Numbered from the stretch's first letter, positions 10,684 through 21,100 are shown. The stretch: 64,000 bases of DNA from Polyangia bacterium (GCA_050287845.1 JBNKCR010000055.1:128001-192000); one strand, 5' to 3'. Translations and numbers: made by a program. Notes: generated from the letters alone by a model not told the origin.

Positions 10684-11079
10684 TTATGCAGTAAGCGCCG
10701 TGGTCATATAACATCTGCCCATTTGAATGGTTTTCACGGCATCAGCGAGTTCGCTGCCAATTCGTTCGCTCGTCAGGTACCCGTGGGCATTTCTTCGCAT
10801 GGCCTGAATGGCGCCTGCGCGGGAACGGTCGAGGCTGAGCATCAGTACCGGAATCGACGGATGCTGCATTTTAAGAATCTGCAACAACTCCAAGTGGTTA
10901 CTTCCGTTGGCAGCGGTTTCAAGAACCACAATATCAAACTGGTTCTGAGACATTTTGGACAGTGCCTGGTCAATGGATGGCACGGCGGTAGTGGTTGTTG
11001 TCAGGTTTTCCGAGTCAAGGATACTGGTGAGCCTGTGTTCGGTTTCAACGTTCTGAGTCAAGAGTAATAGATGTATCAT
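10684..11079 (-). CDS. Stand-alone atypical receiver domain (NarL-like N-terminus, no HTH)
   Basis: REC fold pattern (DIVVLE, IPVLMLS, AHGYL, ELADAVKTI). The phospho-Asp position is Glu and the conserved Lys is absent. Confidence 0.72.
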   Translation of the reverse strand: MIHLLLLTQNVETEHRLTSILDSENLTTTTTAVPSIDQALSKMSQNQFDIVVLETAANGSNHLELLQILKMQHPSIPVLMLSLDRSRAGAIQAMRRNAHGYLTSERIGSELADAVKTIQMGRCYMTTALTA

Positions 11080-11102
11080 CGGTCTCTCCCGGCGATATTT
11101 AA

Positions 11103-11118
11103 AGCAATTCTCGTGCCA
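11103..11118 (-). promoter_or_regulatory. sigma54 promoter
   Basis: Minus strand TGGCAC-GAGAA-TTGCT matches consensus, about 24 nt upstream of the receiver gene start. Confidence 0.75.
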
Positions 11119-11331
11119 GAGAATTCTATCTGAGCTGGAATACGTTGTACTTATCGGGATGTCGTATTGGATGTATTCACTCTCTATTATTTAACTTTAT
11201 TCTCCAATACATAAATTGCCTGCGTCCGCGGCATGCCGTTCCGCTGGATCGACTTCGCCCCTCCATCAACTGAGCGTTGATTCGGGCGTTTGAGGGAAAT
11301 GCGAAAAAAAACTTTTTTTTTCGTTTTCTGC

Positions 11332-11358
11332 TCAATGCTCCGCCATTCACGCCGATGT
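11332..11358 (+). promoter_or_regulatory. sigma28 (FliA) promoter of flagellin 1
   Basis: TCAA-N15-GCCGATGT versus consensus TAAA-N15-GCCGATAA. Confidence 0.7.
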
Positions 11359-11493
11359 AGTGAGTGAAACCTGTGAGGGTTGCAAAGCACGGATGCTTTG
11401 AAAAGTTCACAGGTGGAGCGTCAGTGGTTGACGCGATCATGGAGCACGGATGGCTCCCCAACCGCCAGGTTGGCTTTCACGGAGGAAAGTAAA

Positions 11494-12318
11494 ATGGGAA
11501 TGGTAATCAACACCAATATTATGGCGATTAACGCCCAGCGGAACCTTTCAGTAACCACTTCAAATCTTTCAACAAGCATGGCCAGATTGTCTTCCGGTAA
11601 ACGCATCACTGCCGCCAAGGACGATGCTGCCGGTCTGGCAATCAGCGAAAAATTGAAAGCACAGATTCGGGGCCTCGGCCAGGCAGAACGAAATGCCAAT
11701 GACGGAATTTCGCTTGTGCAGACCGCTGAGGGTGCGATGGATGAGATTTCAGCCATGCTCATTCGTATGAGAGAGTTGGGCGTTCAGGCCGCCAATGGTA
11801 CCACCACCACAATTCAAAAGGGGTTCCTCGCAAACGAATTCAATGAATTGAGCGACGAAATCACCCGTATCGCCAACTCCACCGAATTTAACGGCACCAA
11901 TCTTCTCAATGATGATGGTGGTTCGGTCGTCCTGCAGGTTGGTATCAACAATGACAACAACAGCCAGATCACCGTTGGCCTTGTTTCCGTAACGTCCACC
12001 GATCTCGGCGTCGCGGCCCTGAGCATTTCTGACACCTCTGGCGCACAGAGCTCCCTGGCCACATTGGACCAGGCCATTTCTGACTTGTCAGAACAGCGTG
12101 GTGTGCTTGGTGCAGCCCAGAACCGGCTGGCCAGTACAGTACGAAACCTTGCCACGACCAGAGAAAACCTCTCCGCATCCAACAGCCGTATCCGCGACGT
12201 TGATGTTGCGGATGAATCGGTCGCGATGACGCGTTCTCAGATATTGATGCAGGCCGGTTCCTCGGTGTTGGCGCAGGCCAACCAGATACCGAGCATGGCC
12301 CTGTCATTGATTGGCTGA
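11494..12318 (+). CDS. fliC: Flagellin 1 (274 aa)
   Basis: INTN, RLSSGKRI, AKDDAAGLAISE, RIRDVDVA, LAQANQ; GGAGG RBS before ATG 11494. Confidence 0.96.
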   Translation: MGMVINTNIMAINAQRNLSVTTSNLSTSMARLSSGKRITAAKDDAAGLAISEKLKAQIRGLGQAERNANDGISLVQTAEGAMDEISAMLIRMRELGVQAANGTTTTIQKGFLANEFNELSDEITRIANSTEFNGTNLLNDDGGSVVLQVGINNDNNSQITVGLVSVTSTDLGVAALSISDTSGAQSSLATLDQAISDLSEQRGVLGAAQNRLASTVRNLATTRENLSASNSRIRDVDVADESVAMTRSQILMQAGSSVLAQANQIPSMALSLIG

Positions 12319-12550
12319 ACCATATGGGGGTTCATCATTTTCACTCAATTCATGATCGCCGAATTGGGTGAGAATGCGCGGACGGAAACGTCCAATAGGG
12401 CACTGCCACGGGTGCCATGATCGCCAGGAACTGGTGGCAGTGCAACATTTAAAATGATGCCGGAGACGTTGGTCTTCGGCTGGGAAAATAACCGCTGGAG
12501 CAAGAATGCTCCCCGCGAAACAAAAGCGGCTTTCATGGAGGAAAGAAACA

Positions 12551-13375
12551 ATGGGAATGGTAATTAACACCAATGTAATGGCAATCAATGCCCAACGTAA
12601 TCTGTCGATTACAACCTCTAACCTGTCCACCAGTATGGCGAGACTATCTTCCGGTCAACGGATTACCGCAGCCAAAGACGACGCTGCCGGTCTGGCCATC
12701 AGCGAAAAGTTAAAAGCACAGATTCGCGGTCTGGCCCAGGCAGAGCGAAACGCCAATGACGGGATTTCGCTTGTGCAGACTGCTGAAGGTGCGATGGATG
12801 AAATTTCTTCGATGCTGATTCGTATGCGAGAGTTGGGCGTACAGTCCGCCAATGGTACCACTGCCACTGAACAGAAAGGATTCCTTGCAAACGAATTCAA
12901 TGAATTGAGCGACGAAATTACCCGTATTGCCAATTCAACGGAGTTCAACGGGACGAACCTGTTAAATGGAAACTCGGCGTCCGTTCTGCTTCAGGTGGGA
13001 ATCAATAATGACAGTAACAGTCAGATTTCTGTGAACCTCGTGTCAGTGACGGCAACGGATTTGGGTGTCGCGGCGTTGAGCATCTCTGATACCGCCGGGG
13101 CGCAGGGCGCGTTGGCCACCATTGACCAGGCCATTTCTGACTTGTCAGAACAGCGAGGTGTGCTCGGTGCTGCCCAGAACAGACTTGCAAGCACAGTGCG
13201 AAACCTTGCCACCACCCGTGAAAATCTCTCCGCATCCAACAGTCGTATCCGCGACGTGGATGTGGCGGATGAATCGGTGGCAATGACACGATCGCAGATT
13301 CTGATGCAGGCCGGCTCATCGGTGTTGGCACAGGCCAACCAGATACCGAGCATGGCGCTGTCGCTCATCGGATAG
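12551..13375 (+). CDS. fliC: Flagellin 2 (274 aa)
   Basis: Same D0/D1 motifs; GGAGG RBS before ATG 12551. Confidence 0.96.
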   Translation: MGMVINTNVMAINAQRNLSITTSNLSTSMARLSSGQRITAAKDDAAGLAISEKLKAQIRGLAQAERNANDGISLVQTAEGAMDEISSMLIRMRELGVQSANGTTATEQKGFLANEFNELSDEITRIANSTEFNGTNLLNGNSASVLLQVGINNDSNSQISVNLVSVTATDLGVAALSISDTAGAQGALATIDQAISDLSEQRGVLGAAQNRLASTVRNLATTRENLSASNSRIRDVDVADESVAMTRSQILMQAGSSVLAQANQIPSMALSLIG

Positions 13376-13563
13376 CGGTTAAAACGCGCCCGGGGGGTCA
13401 TGACCCCGAACGCTTTTAGCATAGACCAGGGAAATCACCGGATACATGTGAGACCGGTCATCCTGTGAGGCCCCTGAACAATGTAAACTGAAACGGAGCA
13501 CGAACGCTCCTCGGATAGTCGGCAATGACGTCGGCTGCCCGGTTCCACGTAAGGAGAACGACA

Positions 13564-14397
13564 ATGGCAATGGTAATCAACACCAACACAATGGCAATCA
13601 ATGCCCAACGTAACCTGAGTAAAACGAGCAGCTCTCTCTCCACCAGCATGGCAAGACTGTCTTCCGGTCAGCGCATCACCGCAGCGAAAGACGATGCGGC
13701 CGGTCTGGCCATCAGCGAAAAAATGAAAGCGCAGATTCGTGGTCTGGGTCAGGCCGAACGGAATGCGAACGACGGAATTTCGCTGGTGCAGACTGCTGAA
13801 GGCGCCATGGACGAAATCAGCGGCATGCTGATTCGTATGCGGGAGTTGGCGGTTCAGTCTGCCAACGGTACGTCGGACACGGCACAGAAAGGATTCCTCG
13901 CCAACGAATTCAATGAACTGAGTTCAGAAATCAGCCGTATCGCAGACTCCACCGAGTTTAACGGCACAAATCTGACCAACGGCGATACCGCCACAGTTAC
14001 TCTGCAGGTAGGTATCAACAATGACGACAACAGCAAGATTACGGTAAACCTGGCAGATGTTTCTGCAACGGGTCTGGGAGTCAACACCGGAAGCGGCGGC
14101 TTGAGTATTTCTGACGCATCCAGCGCTGGAAGTGCGCTCGCCACACTGGATTCCGCGATCACTACTCTGTCCGAGCAGCGTGGTGTGCTGGGTGCGGCAC
14201 AGAACAGACTTTCAAGCACCGTCCGCAACCTTGCCACCACCCGCGAAAATCTGTCCGCTTCCAACAGTCGTATCCGCGACGTGGATGTGGCGGAGGAGTC
14301 GGTGGCGATGACCCGGTCGCAGATTCTGATGCAGGCGGGTACTGCGGTCATGGCGCAGGCCAACCAGGTACCGTCAATGGCACTGAGCCTTATCTAG
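13564..14397 (+). CDS. fliC: Flagellin 3 (277 aa)
   Basis: Same D0/D1 motifs; AAGGAG RBS before ATG 13564. Confidence 0.96.
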   Translation: MAMVINTNTMAINAQRNLSKTSSSLSTSMARLSSGQRITAAKDDAAGLAISEKMKAQIRGLGQAERNANDGISLVQTAEGAMDEISGMLIRMRELAVQSANGTSDTAQKGFLANEFNELSSEISRIADSTEFNGTNLTNGDTATVTLQVGINNDDNSKITVNLADVSATGLGVNTGSGGLSISDASSAGSALATLDSAITTLSEQRGVLGAAQNRLSSTVRNLATTRENLSASNSRIRDVDVAEESVAMTRSQILMQAGTAVMAQANQVPSMALSLI

Positions 14398-14416
14398 GGC
14401 CAGTGAATGAAATGAT

Positions 14417-14472
14417 GCTCCTTCCGGGGTTTCCTGCCCGGAATTATCCGGAAGGAGCGCTGTTTTTCTTTT
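14417..14472 (+). terminator. Likely intrinsic terminator after flagellin 3
   Basis: 11-bp stem gctccttccgg...ccggaaggagc followed by a T-rich tract. Confidence 0.6.
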
Positions 14473-14588
14473 CATCCCAATCCCCAAACCCCATTGATGA
14501 TCCGCGCCCCCCATGGGGCATCCACCGAAGTGATTGCAACTGGCCATTGAATTGACGAATTGATTTCTCACGAAAATGATACGGGCGG

Positions 14589-15809
14589 CTACGAAATGTT
14601 GAACTTTCGCTGGATGGTGAAAATGTTCTGCTCTGCCCGGGCAACGATGGCCGGGAGATGTTTGGTATTCAGATGAATCTCATGGAGCGCCTGTAGATCA
14701 ATGATGGGCAGCACCATCAGGCGTTGCACCGAAAATCCCATGGTGTTCGCGAATACATCCGCCAGGTGAAGGACATACGCCTCGGTCTTATGCGTGGCAT
14801 TTTCCGGTGTGTGATGGAAATAGACAACATCCTGGAACGCCTTTGAAAAGTTCCATTGCTTCAGCAGTTCCATGGTGAGCAGGTTGTGATAGAACCCCAG
14901 ATATTTCCGCTCGATCTTCATTGATGGCACCTTTTCCTGCCATGCGAATTTGCAGATGTGGCGATACTGCTCGGGTAATTTGAGGAACAGAAGCTGTTTT
15001 CCAAGGTCGTGCAGGAGTCCCAGCAGCATCAGATATTCAGGTTCGGGATGGTTCATCTGTTGTGCGATTTCCCGGGCAAAAATCGCCGTGGCAATGCTGT
15101 GTCCCCAGAATGTATAGGGAGACGCGCAGAGGGCATTGTCATCGAAATAATTGGATACCGTGGCGGATTCCTGAACAAATTTTTTCAGCTCGTCAAAACC
15201 GATGACGGAAACGGCGTGGGAAACATTGTTGGGTTTACTGTTGGCGCCATACCAGGCGCTATTGGACATTTTCAACGCAACGGCACTCAAGCCCGGGGCC
15301 ATAACCAATATCTCTCCAATCTGGGAAACCGATGCATCCGGCTGCCCCAGTTGCGCAATCAACTTGTCCTTGATTTCCGGGATAGTCGGTATGGCGGTGG
15401 TATTTGAGATGAGCTGGGCTGCCGTCTGCCATTTTTCTGTCGGAGATGGTTCTTCAACGACGCTGTCCAACGTGGGAATGGTTTCCTGATGAATCAGTTT
15501 CCACAGATGTTCTGTGTACAATTCACGCAGAAATTGAATGAACGGATGATCAATATTCTCGGAGTTCTGAGAAAAATACCGGAGCAGTGTATCTTCCAGA
15601 AGAAGTTGCTGCTCTTCACTCAGTTCGGTTCGCTGGGTATCATCGGTACCCAGCACGTCCACAAATAAAATTGACCATGTTCGAAGTCCCTGGATGTGTT
15701 TTTCACTTAACGTGGTGTCTTTGGGAAGCAACACCTGTCCCCGCCTGTTCAATACGTTTCTGGCGGTTGTCATTCCCGTTTCCAGATCATCAAGGGCAAT
15801 CAGTGTCAT
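14589..15809 (-). CDS. HDOD domain protein with N-terminal accessory domain
   Basis: N-terminal LETGMTTARNV..GQVLLPKDTTL motif; IPTIP, LKMSNSAWYG, FWGHS, GLLHDLGK, YFHHTP. Confidence 0.85.
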   Translation of the reverse strand: MTLIALDDLETGMTTARNVLNRRGQVLLPKDTTLSEKHIQGLRTWSILFVDVLGTDDTQRTELSEEQQLLLEDTLLRYFSQNSENIDHPFIQFLRELYTEHLWKLIHQETIPTLDSVVEEPSPTEKWQTAAQLISNTTAIPTIPEIKDKLIAQLGQPDASVSQIGEILVMAPGLSAVALKMSNSAWYGANSKPNNVSHAVSVIGFDELKKFVQESATVSNYFDDNALCASPYTFWGHSIATAIFAREIAQQMNHPEPEYLMLLGLLHDLGKQLLFLKLPEQYRHICKFAWQEKVPSMKIERKYLGFYHNLLTMELLKQWNFSKAFQDVVYFHHTPENATHKTEAYVLHLADVFANTMGFSVQRLMVLPIIDLQALHEIHLNTKHLPAIVARAEQNIFTIQRKFNIS

Positions 15810-15900
15810 TTCCGATAGTCAATTCCATAGTGTTCTGTTGTTGTATGTGGCAGGTCAGCCCAACGGCATACGCATCGGCGAGCTGATCTCCTGCAATTTT

Positions 15901-15927
15901 ATATCGACAATGTTTTCGAAAACTTAA
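15901..15927 (-). promoter_or_regulatory. sigma28 promoter of the HDOD gene
   Basis: Minus strand TTAAGTTT-N11-GTCGATAT versus TAAAGTTT-N11-GCCGATAA. Confidence 0.65.
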
Positions 15928-15946
15928 TGAGATGGACCAATTCTGG

Positions 15947-16060
15947 TTAGAGGACGCGCAATATCATCAGAACCAGGGGAACTGCGATGCTTGAAAAGAA
16001 AAACAGTCCGGGCGGGCCAAACAATACATCGTGCGCACCTTGATAATTCACAGATTTCAT
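15947..16060 (-). CDS. Putative 37-aa small membrane protein
   Basis: GGAGG 5 nt before ATG; MKSVNYQGAHDVLFGPPGLFFFSSIAVPLVLMILRVL has a hydrophobic C-terminal half. Confidence 0.45.
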   Translation of the reverse strand: MKSVNYQGAHDVLFGPPGLFFFSSIAVPLVLMILRVL

Positions 16061-16249
16061 TGAAACCTCCGTATAATGTTCTGCAACCTGTCGTGCCACT
16101 GTGAAACAATTGCGAGAACGATGCCAGGATGCGAACATCATTTAATTGTATGTTTTTATAATGTTTTCGTTTTTTTTAGCGCGGTGGATGTGTGACGATG
16201 AAAATAAGAATTGATATTATTTGTATGTTTGAATCTTCATAAAATAGAT

Positions 16250-16858
16250 TCACTGCAACAGCTTGAGCGCGGAATCCCCGTTGCGCGACAGTCGGATGCG
16301 CTCCGCCATCAGTACCGCGCGGAGGTGCTCATAGGCTTTTTCAACGTTGTCATTCACCAGAAGATAATCAAATTCTTCGTAATGAGAAATTTCTCCGAGG
16401 GCTGCCTTGAACCGCTGTTCCAGAGACGCCGGGGTTTCGGTACCTCTGGAATTGAGACGCAGTTTCAACTCGTCAATGGAAGGCGGAAGGATGAATATGC
16501 CAATCGCATCGGGATAGTTGTTCTTGATTTGCCTGGCCCCCTGATAATCCACATCGAACAGCAAATCCACGCCCTGGGCAGCCGCGGAACGAATCTCGCC
16601 GTGGGAGGTGCCATACCGATTGCCGTGGACATGGGCCCATTCGACGAACTGTTCCTCGTCAACCATTTTATCGAACGTGTCCTTGTCGGTGAAAAAGTAA
16701 TCCTGCCCATTTGTTTCGTTGGGTCTGGGAACGCGTGTGGTGTGGGAAATGGAAAATCGAATGTCAGAGAATTCGGCAAGGAGCCGCTTGCACAGTGTGG
16801 TTTTCCCGGCGCCCGAGGGTGACGAGACAATGATTAATAACGGTTTTCGTGTGGTCAT
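16250..16858 (-). CDS. gmk: Guanylate kinase
   Basis: SSPSGAGKTT, SHTTR, GQDYFF, YGT, FILPPS. Confidence 0.96.
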   Translation of the reverse strand: MTTRKPLLIIVSSPSGAGKTTLCKRLLAEFSDIRFSISHTTRVPRPNETNGQDYFFTDKDTFDKMVDEEQFVEWAHVHGNRYGTSHGEIRSAAAQGVDLLFDVDYQGARQIKNNYPDAIGIFILPPSIDELKLRLNSRGTETPASLEQRFKAALGEISHYEEFDYLLVNDNVEKAYEHLRAVLMAERIRLSRNGDSALKLLQ

Positions 16859-16872
16859 AAATACTCCGGGAA

Positions 16873-17742
16873 TTACTCGATATTCTGAATCAATTCTCTC
16901 ATTTTTTCCAGTTCACCCTTGATGGCGACCACCATGTGGGTGATTTCCGTAAGCACAGATTTTGAAGCGATGGTATTGGCTTCGCGGCTCATCTCCTGAA
17001 TCAGGAAATCCATGCGGCGTCCAATTGGCCCCCGTTCCCTGAAAACGTCCTTCATTTGTTTGGTATGGCTGAAGAGTCGATTGATTTCTTCATTAATATC
17101 GGCCTTTTCGGCGATAATTGCCGCTTCGGTTTCAATACGGACCATATCAGGAGAATGATGACTGGGCATCAGATCCTCGATTTTGCTGCGATACTTTTCA
17201 AACACCTCATTTTCGAGACGCCTGGCCTGCGTTCGGATACTCGATGTGAATTCGTTGATTTTTTCAAGGCGCGATTCCACGTCCCGTGCCATATGGGCGC
17301 CTTCCGTTTCCCGCATCCGTATCAGAATGTCAAGGGCCTCGTTGCAGGCCCGGAGGCTGGCTTCCGCCATATCGTCGGACGCTCTGGGGGGCGGTTGCAC
17401 AAACAGGTCTGGCGCCGTTGCCAGTGCGGACATGAGAGATTCGGGCTGGACCCGGGTCTGCGCCGCCACTTCTCTGAGTTGTTCCACATAACGGATAAGC
17501 CGGGTTCTGGAGATACCAATGTCGCCCAACCCCTCATAAACGAACGACAGATGAACCGTGCAATATCCCCTGGACAATCGGCTTCGAATGCATTTTTCAA
17601 GGGACGATTCCAGACTGTTCAATTCAGCGGGCACTCTGGTGCGAATTTCCAGAAATCGGTGGTTCACCGTCTTTACTTCAACGACTGCCTGGCCGCTGGC
17701 TGTACTGGCTTCGCCCCGGCCAAATCCGGTCATACTGCGCAT
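16873..17742 (-). CDS. yicC: YicC/YloC family endoribonuclease
   Basis: MRSMTGFGR start, VNHRFLE, GRRMDFLIQEMSREANTIASK, terminal QNIE; adjacent to gmk. Confidence 0.93.
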   Translation of the reverse strand: MRSMTGFGRGEASTASGQAVVEVKTVNHRFLEIRTRVPAELNSLESSLEKCIRSRLSRGYCTVHLSFVYEGLGDIGISRTRLIRYVEQLREVAAQTRVQPESLMSALATAPDLFVQPPPRASDDMAEASLRACNEALDILIRMRETEGAHMARDVESRLEKINEFTSSIRTQARRLENEVFEKYRSKIEDLMPSHHSPDMVRIETEAAIIAEKADINEEINRLFSHTKQMKDVFRERGPIGRRMDFLIQEMSREANTIASKSVLTEITHMVVAIKGELEKMRELIQNIE

Positions 17743-17775
17743 GAATGAATGACTCCTGACTGTAAATTCTGAAAG

Positions 17776-18081
17776 TTACTTGAACAGAGCGTTCAGTTTG
17801 GCCTTGGCATCATCATCGGTTGAGCCTTCGTGCGCCCCGTTTTTAAACGTGAAATGACTGCAGTAGTTGGCGGACTCCCGATCAGAAATATACTCGGTGA
17901 TTCGCTCTCTGCACTGATTGTGGTAACCGGGATCCCAGTACTCACAGTTCCTGCAGCAGTGCAAATCGTGGGCACAGTGAGGACAGGTATCCGTCCGTGC
18001 CATTTTAATTCTGTCAAAATCTATTTCCTGTCCACATTTGAAACAAAAGTGATGGCGTTCTTCTATTTTTGGAATGTACAT
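17776..18081 (-). CDS. Small Cys-rich putative zinc-binding protein
   Basis: CFKCG, CPHC, CCRNC, C...ANYC and terminal AKAKLNALFK; start re-picked at ATG 18081. Confidence 0.75.
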   Translation of the reverse strand: MYIPKIEERHHFCFKCGQEIDFDRIKMARTDTCPHCAHDLHCCRNCEYWDPGYHNQCRERITEYISDRESANYCSHFTFKNGAHEGSTDDDAKAKLNALFK

Positions 18082-18181
18082 TAACAACCCCTTGATATTA
18101 ATGTTAGAATGGTTCAAATCGTCTCTGACAAGATCATTTTTTGAACCGTCGTTCTTGTCGAGGAGAATAACAGGATAATTC

Positions 18182-21100
18182 ATGGTTGCAAGCAGAGCTT
18201 TGAGAACATTGCAAATTTGTGCATCTGCACTGATGATCGCCGCTGTTGTCATTGCCTGTACGCCTCCGGCAGATGATATCCCGGTCGAAACAGGCATCGT
18301 GTCGCCGTACCGGGTATATCGGGGAACCAGTGCATTGGTGGCCTTGCAGGCACAGGGACTGAATTTTTCCCGGTGCGAGAACCTGAAGGGCGGGCCGACT
18401 GCACTCCCGTCAGCGCTGAACCGCATTTTTTCGTTTCATGATGGAGAGAGTGGTCAACGGTTGGACTCGTTGTCGGTTGCCTCTGTGGAATCCGTTGGCC
18501 CCGCGCTTGTGGAGATGACTGTCACGGTGGGGCAAAACGCTCCGGACGACGTTGTGGAGCTGCGTTTCAGATGTGATACAGATCGCATCATTCGGGCGCA
18601 GATGGATGTACGGTCATCCGCGCCCCGGTATTCCCTGGTATTTTCTCCCGATGAACTCTACGCCGGGCAGGACAGGCAGACCGTCACCGTTACCCGCGTT
18701 CTCATGGATGGGACCCCATCGGATGAACCGGATGTACCGGGTTTGCCCACCAGTGTCGTCCTGGAGAAAGACGCGCAGGTGACGGTTGGCAACATTTCCA
18801 GAAGTGATGATCCGGAATCTCTGACCATAAGTTTCGATTTAGATCCCGCGGCGCTTCCCGTGGGCGAGTTGTCCAGTCCTTTAATAGTCAACTTTGTCTA
18901 CCCCACTGATGTGTACAGTGGTGTTCTGACCATTCTACCGGATAATTCACCTTACGTCACAGCAACGCCGACCAGGCTGTATAAACCGAAAGCCGGTGAT
19001 GGGCCACTGTCGGCTTCCATATCTCTTAAGGTGGCATCTCTGTTTGCCGAGTCGGAATCGCTTGATTCGTCCCGGGTGACCGTGTCGGTCCCGGAGAATC
19101 CCGGAGTTCAGCTGGCCGATACCGGCTGCATCCAATCCGGAAGTGACCCGGACAGCATCGAATGCCCGTTCGTCGTTGATAACAGTGCCTCCCTCGGTCC
19201 CACTGCCGTGCAGGTTCAGGTGGGAGATATTACCACGTATGCCTCTGTCAGCGTACTGCCAATGGCTCTGGATGACCGCATCGTTCGATTCTGGCCGGAT
19301 CGCATCAATACCTGCAACCTTGAGAGCTGTGCTGAAAAGCTTTCTGAGAACTGCAGATGTCCAGCACAGACAGTTGTTGCCGAGATGGTGGGGCCGGATG
19401 TGAGCAGTGACTGGAGCGCTCGTCTGATAGGGGACAACGCAGAAAATGCGGAACTGGTATCGGCGCAATTGGTTGCCAATGATCATTGGATTCTTTCCGT
19501 ACGGGTGCCGCATACGGGGGAGGCATCCGGGATTGGGGTTGAATTTGTATCGGGAGACGGAGAACAGGCCATGCAGGGATGGTTGTTGCTCAGAGATATC
19601 GGTGACGTCGGCGCCGGATTTCGGGAAATTTATACCGCATCCAAAGTGGATCAAACGTTCGTAAAGCGAGGGGAAAAACCGTACAGCCAGAGATTGAAAC
19701 TCCAGGATACTTCTTTCCAAATCAAGGATGACTCGGCAACGGGGCGGGAGGCATTATCCACTACCCGCGGGGGTATCTCGCTAAGCAATCCGATATCTTT
19801 TACGAGCGGTTCGATGAAGACATCCGGTCTTTGGGGAGGGCAGGGGTTCGTCCTTGATGAATTCCAGGTGATCACCGAGGCGCCTGTCGGCCCCGCAATT
19901 CTGCGCGTCACGGGAGAATCCGCACTTGCGGACAACGACGTCTGGCTGAAAATTGTCCCGGGCGACGGAGACACCGGCGTGATTTTTCCGACACCCGACA
20001 TTATCTGGCTCAATCGCCCCACCGCGACTGTTGTGTTCACTGCGAGTGGTGATATGGCGCTGAACTCCAATACCCGGTTTCATATTGCCGACCCGGCCAT
20101 ATCGATTCAATCTGTCGCATTTGCTGAAGATTCAATTACCGGTGTGGCATCTGCCACGGTAACGTTGAAAATATCGCCGGCAGCGACGGCGGGATTGAAG
20201 ACCTTCTATCTGTCCAATGCGGATGGCAGCAAAGCCGCGGTGAATATTCGCGGGGTAAAGAAAGAGCAGTTCACTGTTCCCAGGGTAGAGCAGTCACTTG
20301 CCATTTACCGGAGCGTGGGCAAGGGACGAATCTCCATCCAGATCAAAGAATCCATGCACAATGCACCGGTTGCGTTGTCCATTCCCACCGGCATCGGCGC
20401 CACCGTTGACAGATACTCCACGCGCCACAAGTTTACGCTCAATAATAGCAACGTGGTCCTTTCTCAGTATGTTCTGGAAGTTGTTTTTTCCCTTGAAGCG
20501 AAAGGCCCGGGGGGCTGGATTGGCGTTTCAGTGAATGCGGGAGGAGAGCGATTTGTGATTCCGGTGAAAATCGTGGCCGAGACCGATAGTGGAGAAGAAG
20601 ACAACTCTCTCACGGCGACGTTGAGCAGAGAAAATATTGTTCCCGGCTCTCGCGACGTGACGGATTTGAACATTTTTATTCCCCAGTCCATGACCCGGGG
20701 AGATACACCTGTCTTTCTGGGAAGTGTGATGTCAGAGGTTCATACCCTCGATAACAATGTATACGCAAGACTGGCTGAAATCCCCACTGAAGGAGGAAAT
20801 TCTCTGCGAATGGCGGCAGACTTTGCATATACTCTGGATTTGCCGGCTGATGACCGTTATCCCGGTGTGCCCATCAGCGTGTCCGCCAGTGAGGGAGCAA
20901 TCGTCGGTTTCTGGGATATCCTGCCGGACGATTTGATACCGCAGTTTGATGATGATACATTTGAAATCGAGGCGGATTATTCAAATATTTACACTGCTTC
21001 TGAGGGCGGCAGAACCTTGATTCGCGGAAAGGTGAGCCCCCACGTGGATAACTCATGGCCCGCCTCGCTCATCCAGATCAGGGGAAGCAGAGATTGGAGC

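Noticed and set aside
12320..12370. sigma28 promoters for flagellins 2 and 3
   Set aside because: GCCGAATT at 12358 lacks a properly spaced -35, and no convincing match was found before flagellin 3.
16082..16098. sigma54-like TGGCAC-GACAGG-TTGCA on the minus strand
   Set aside because: The spacer is one base too long (GG-N11-GC), and sigma54 spacing is strict.
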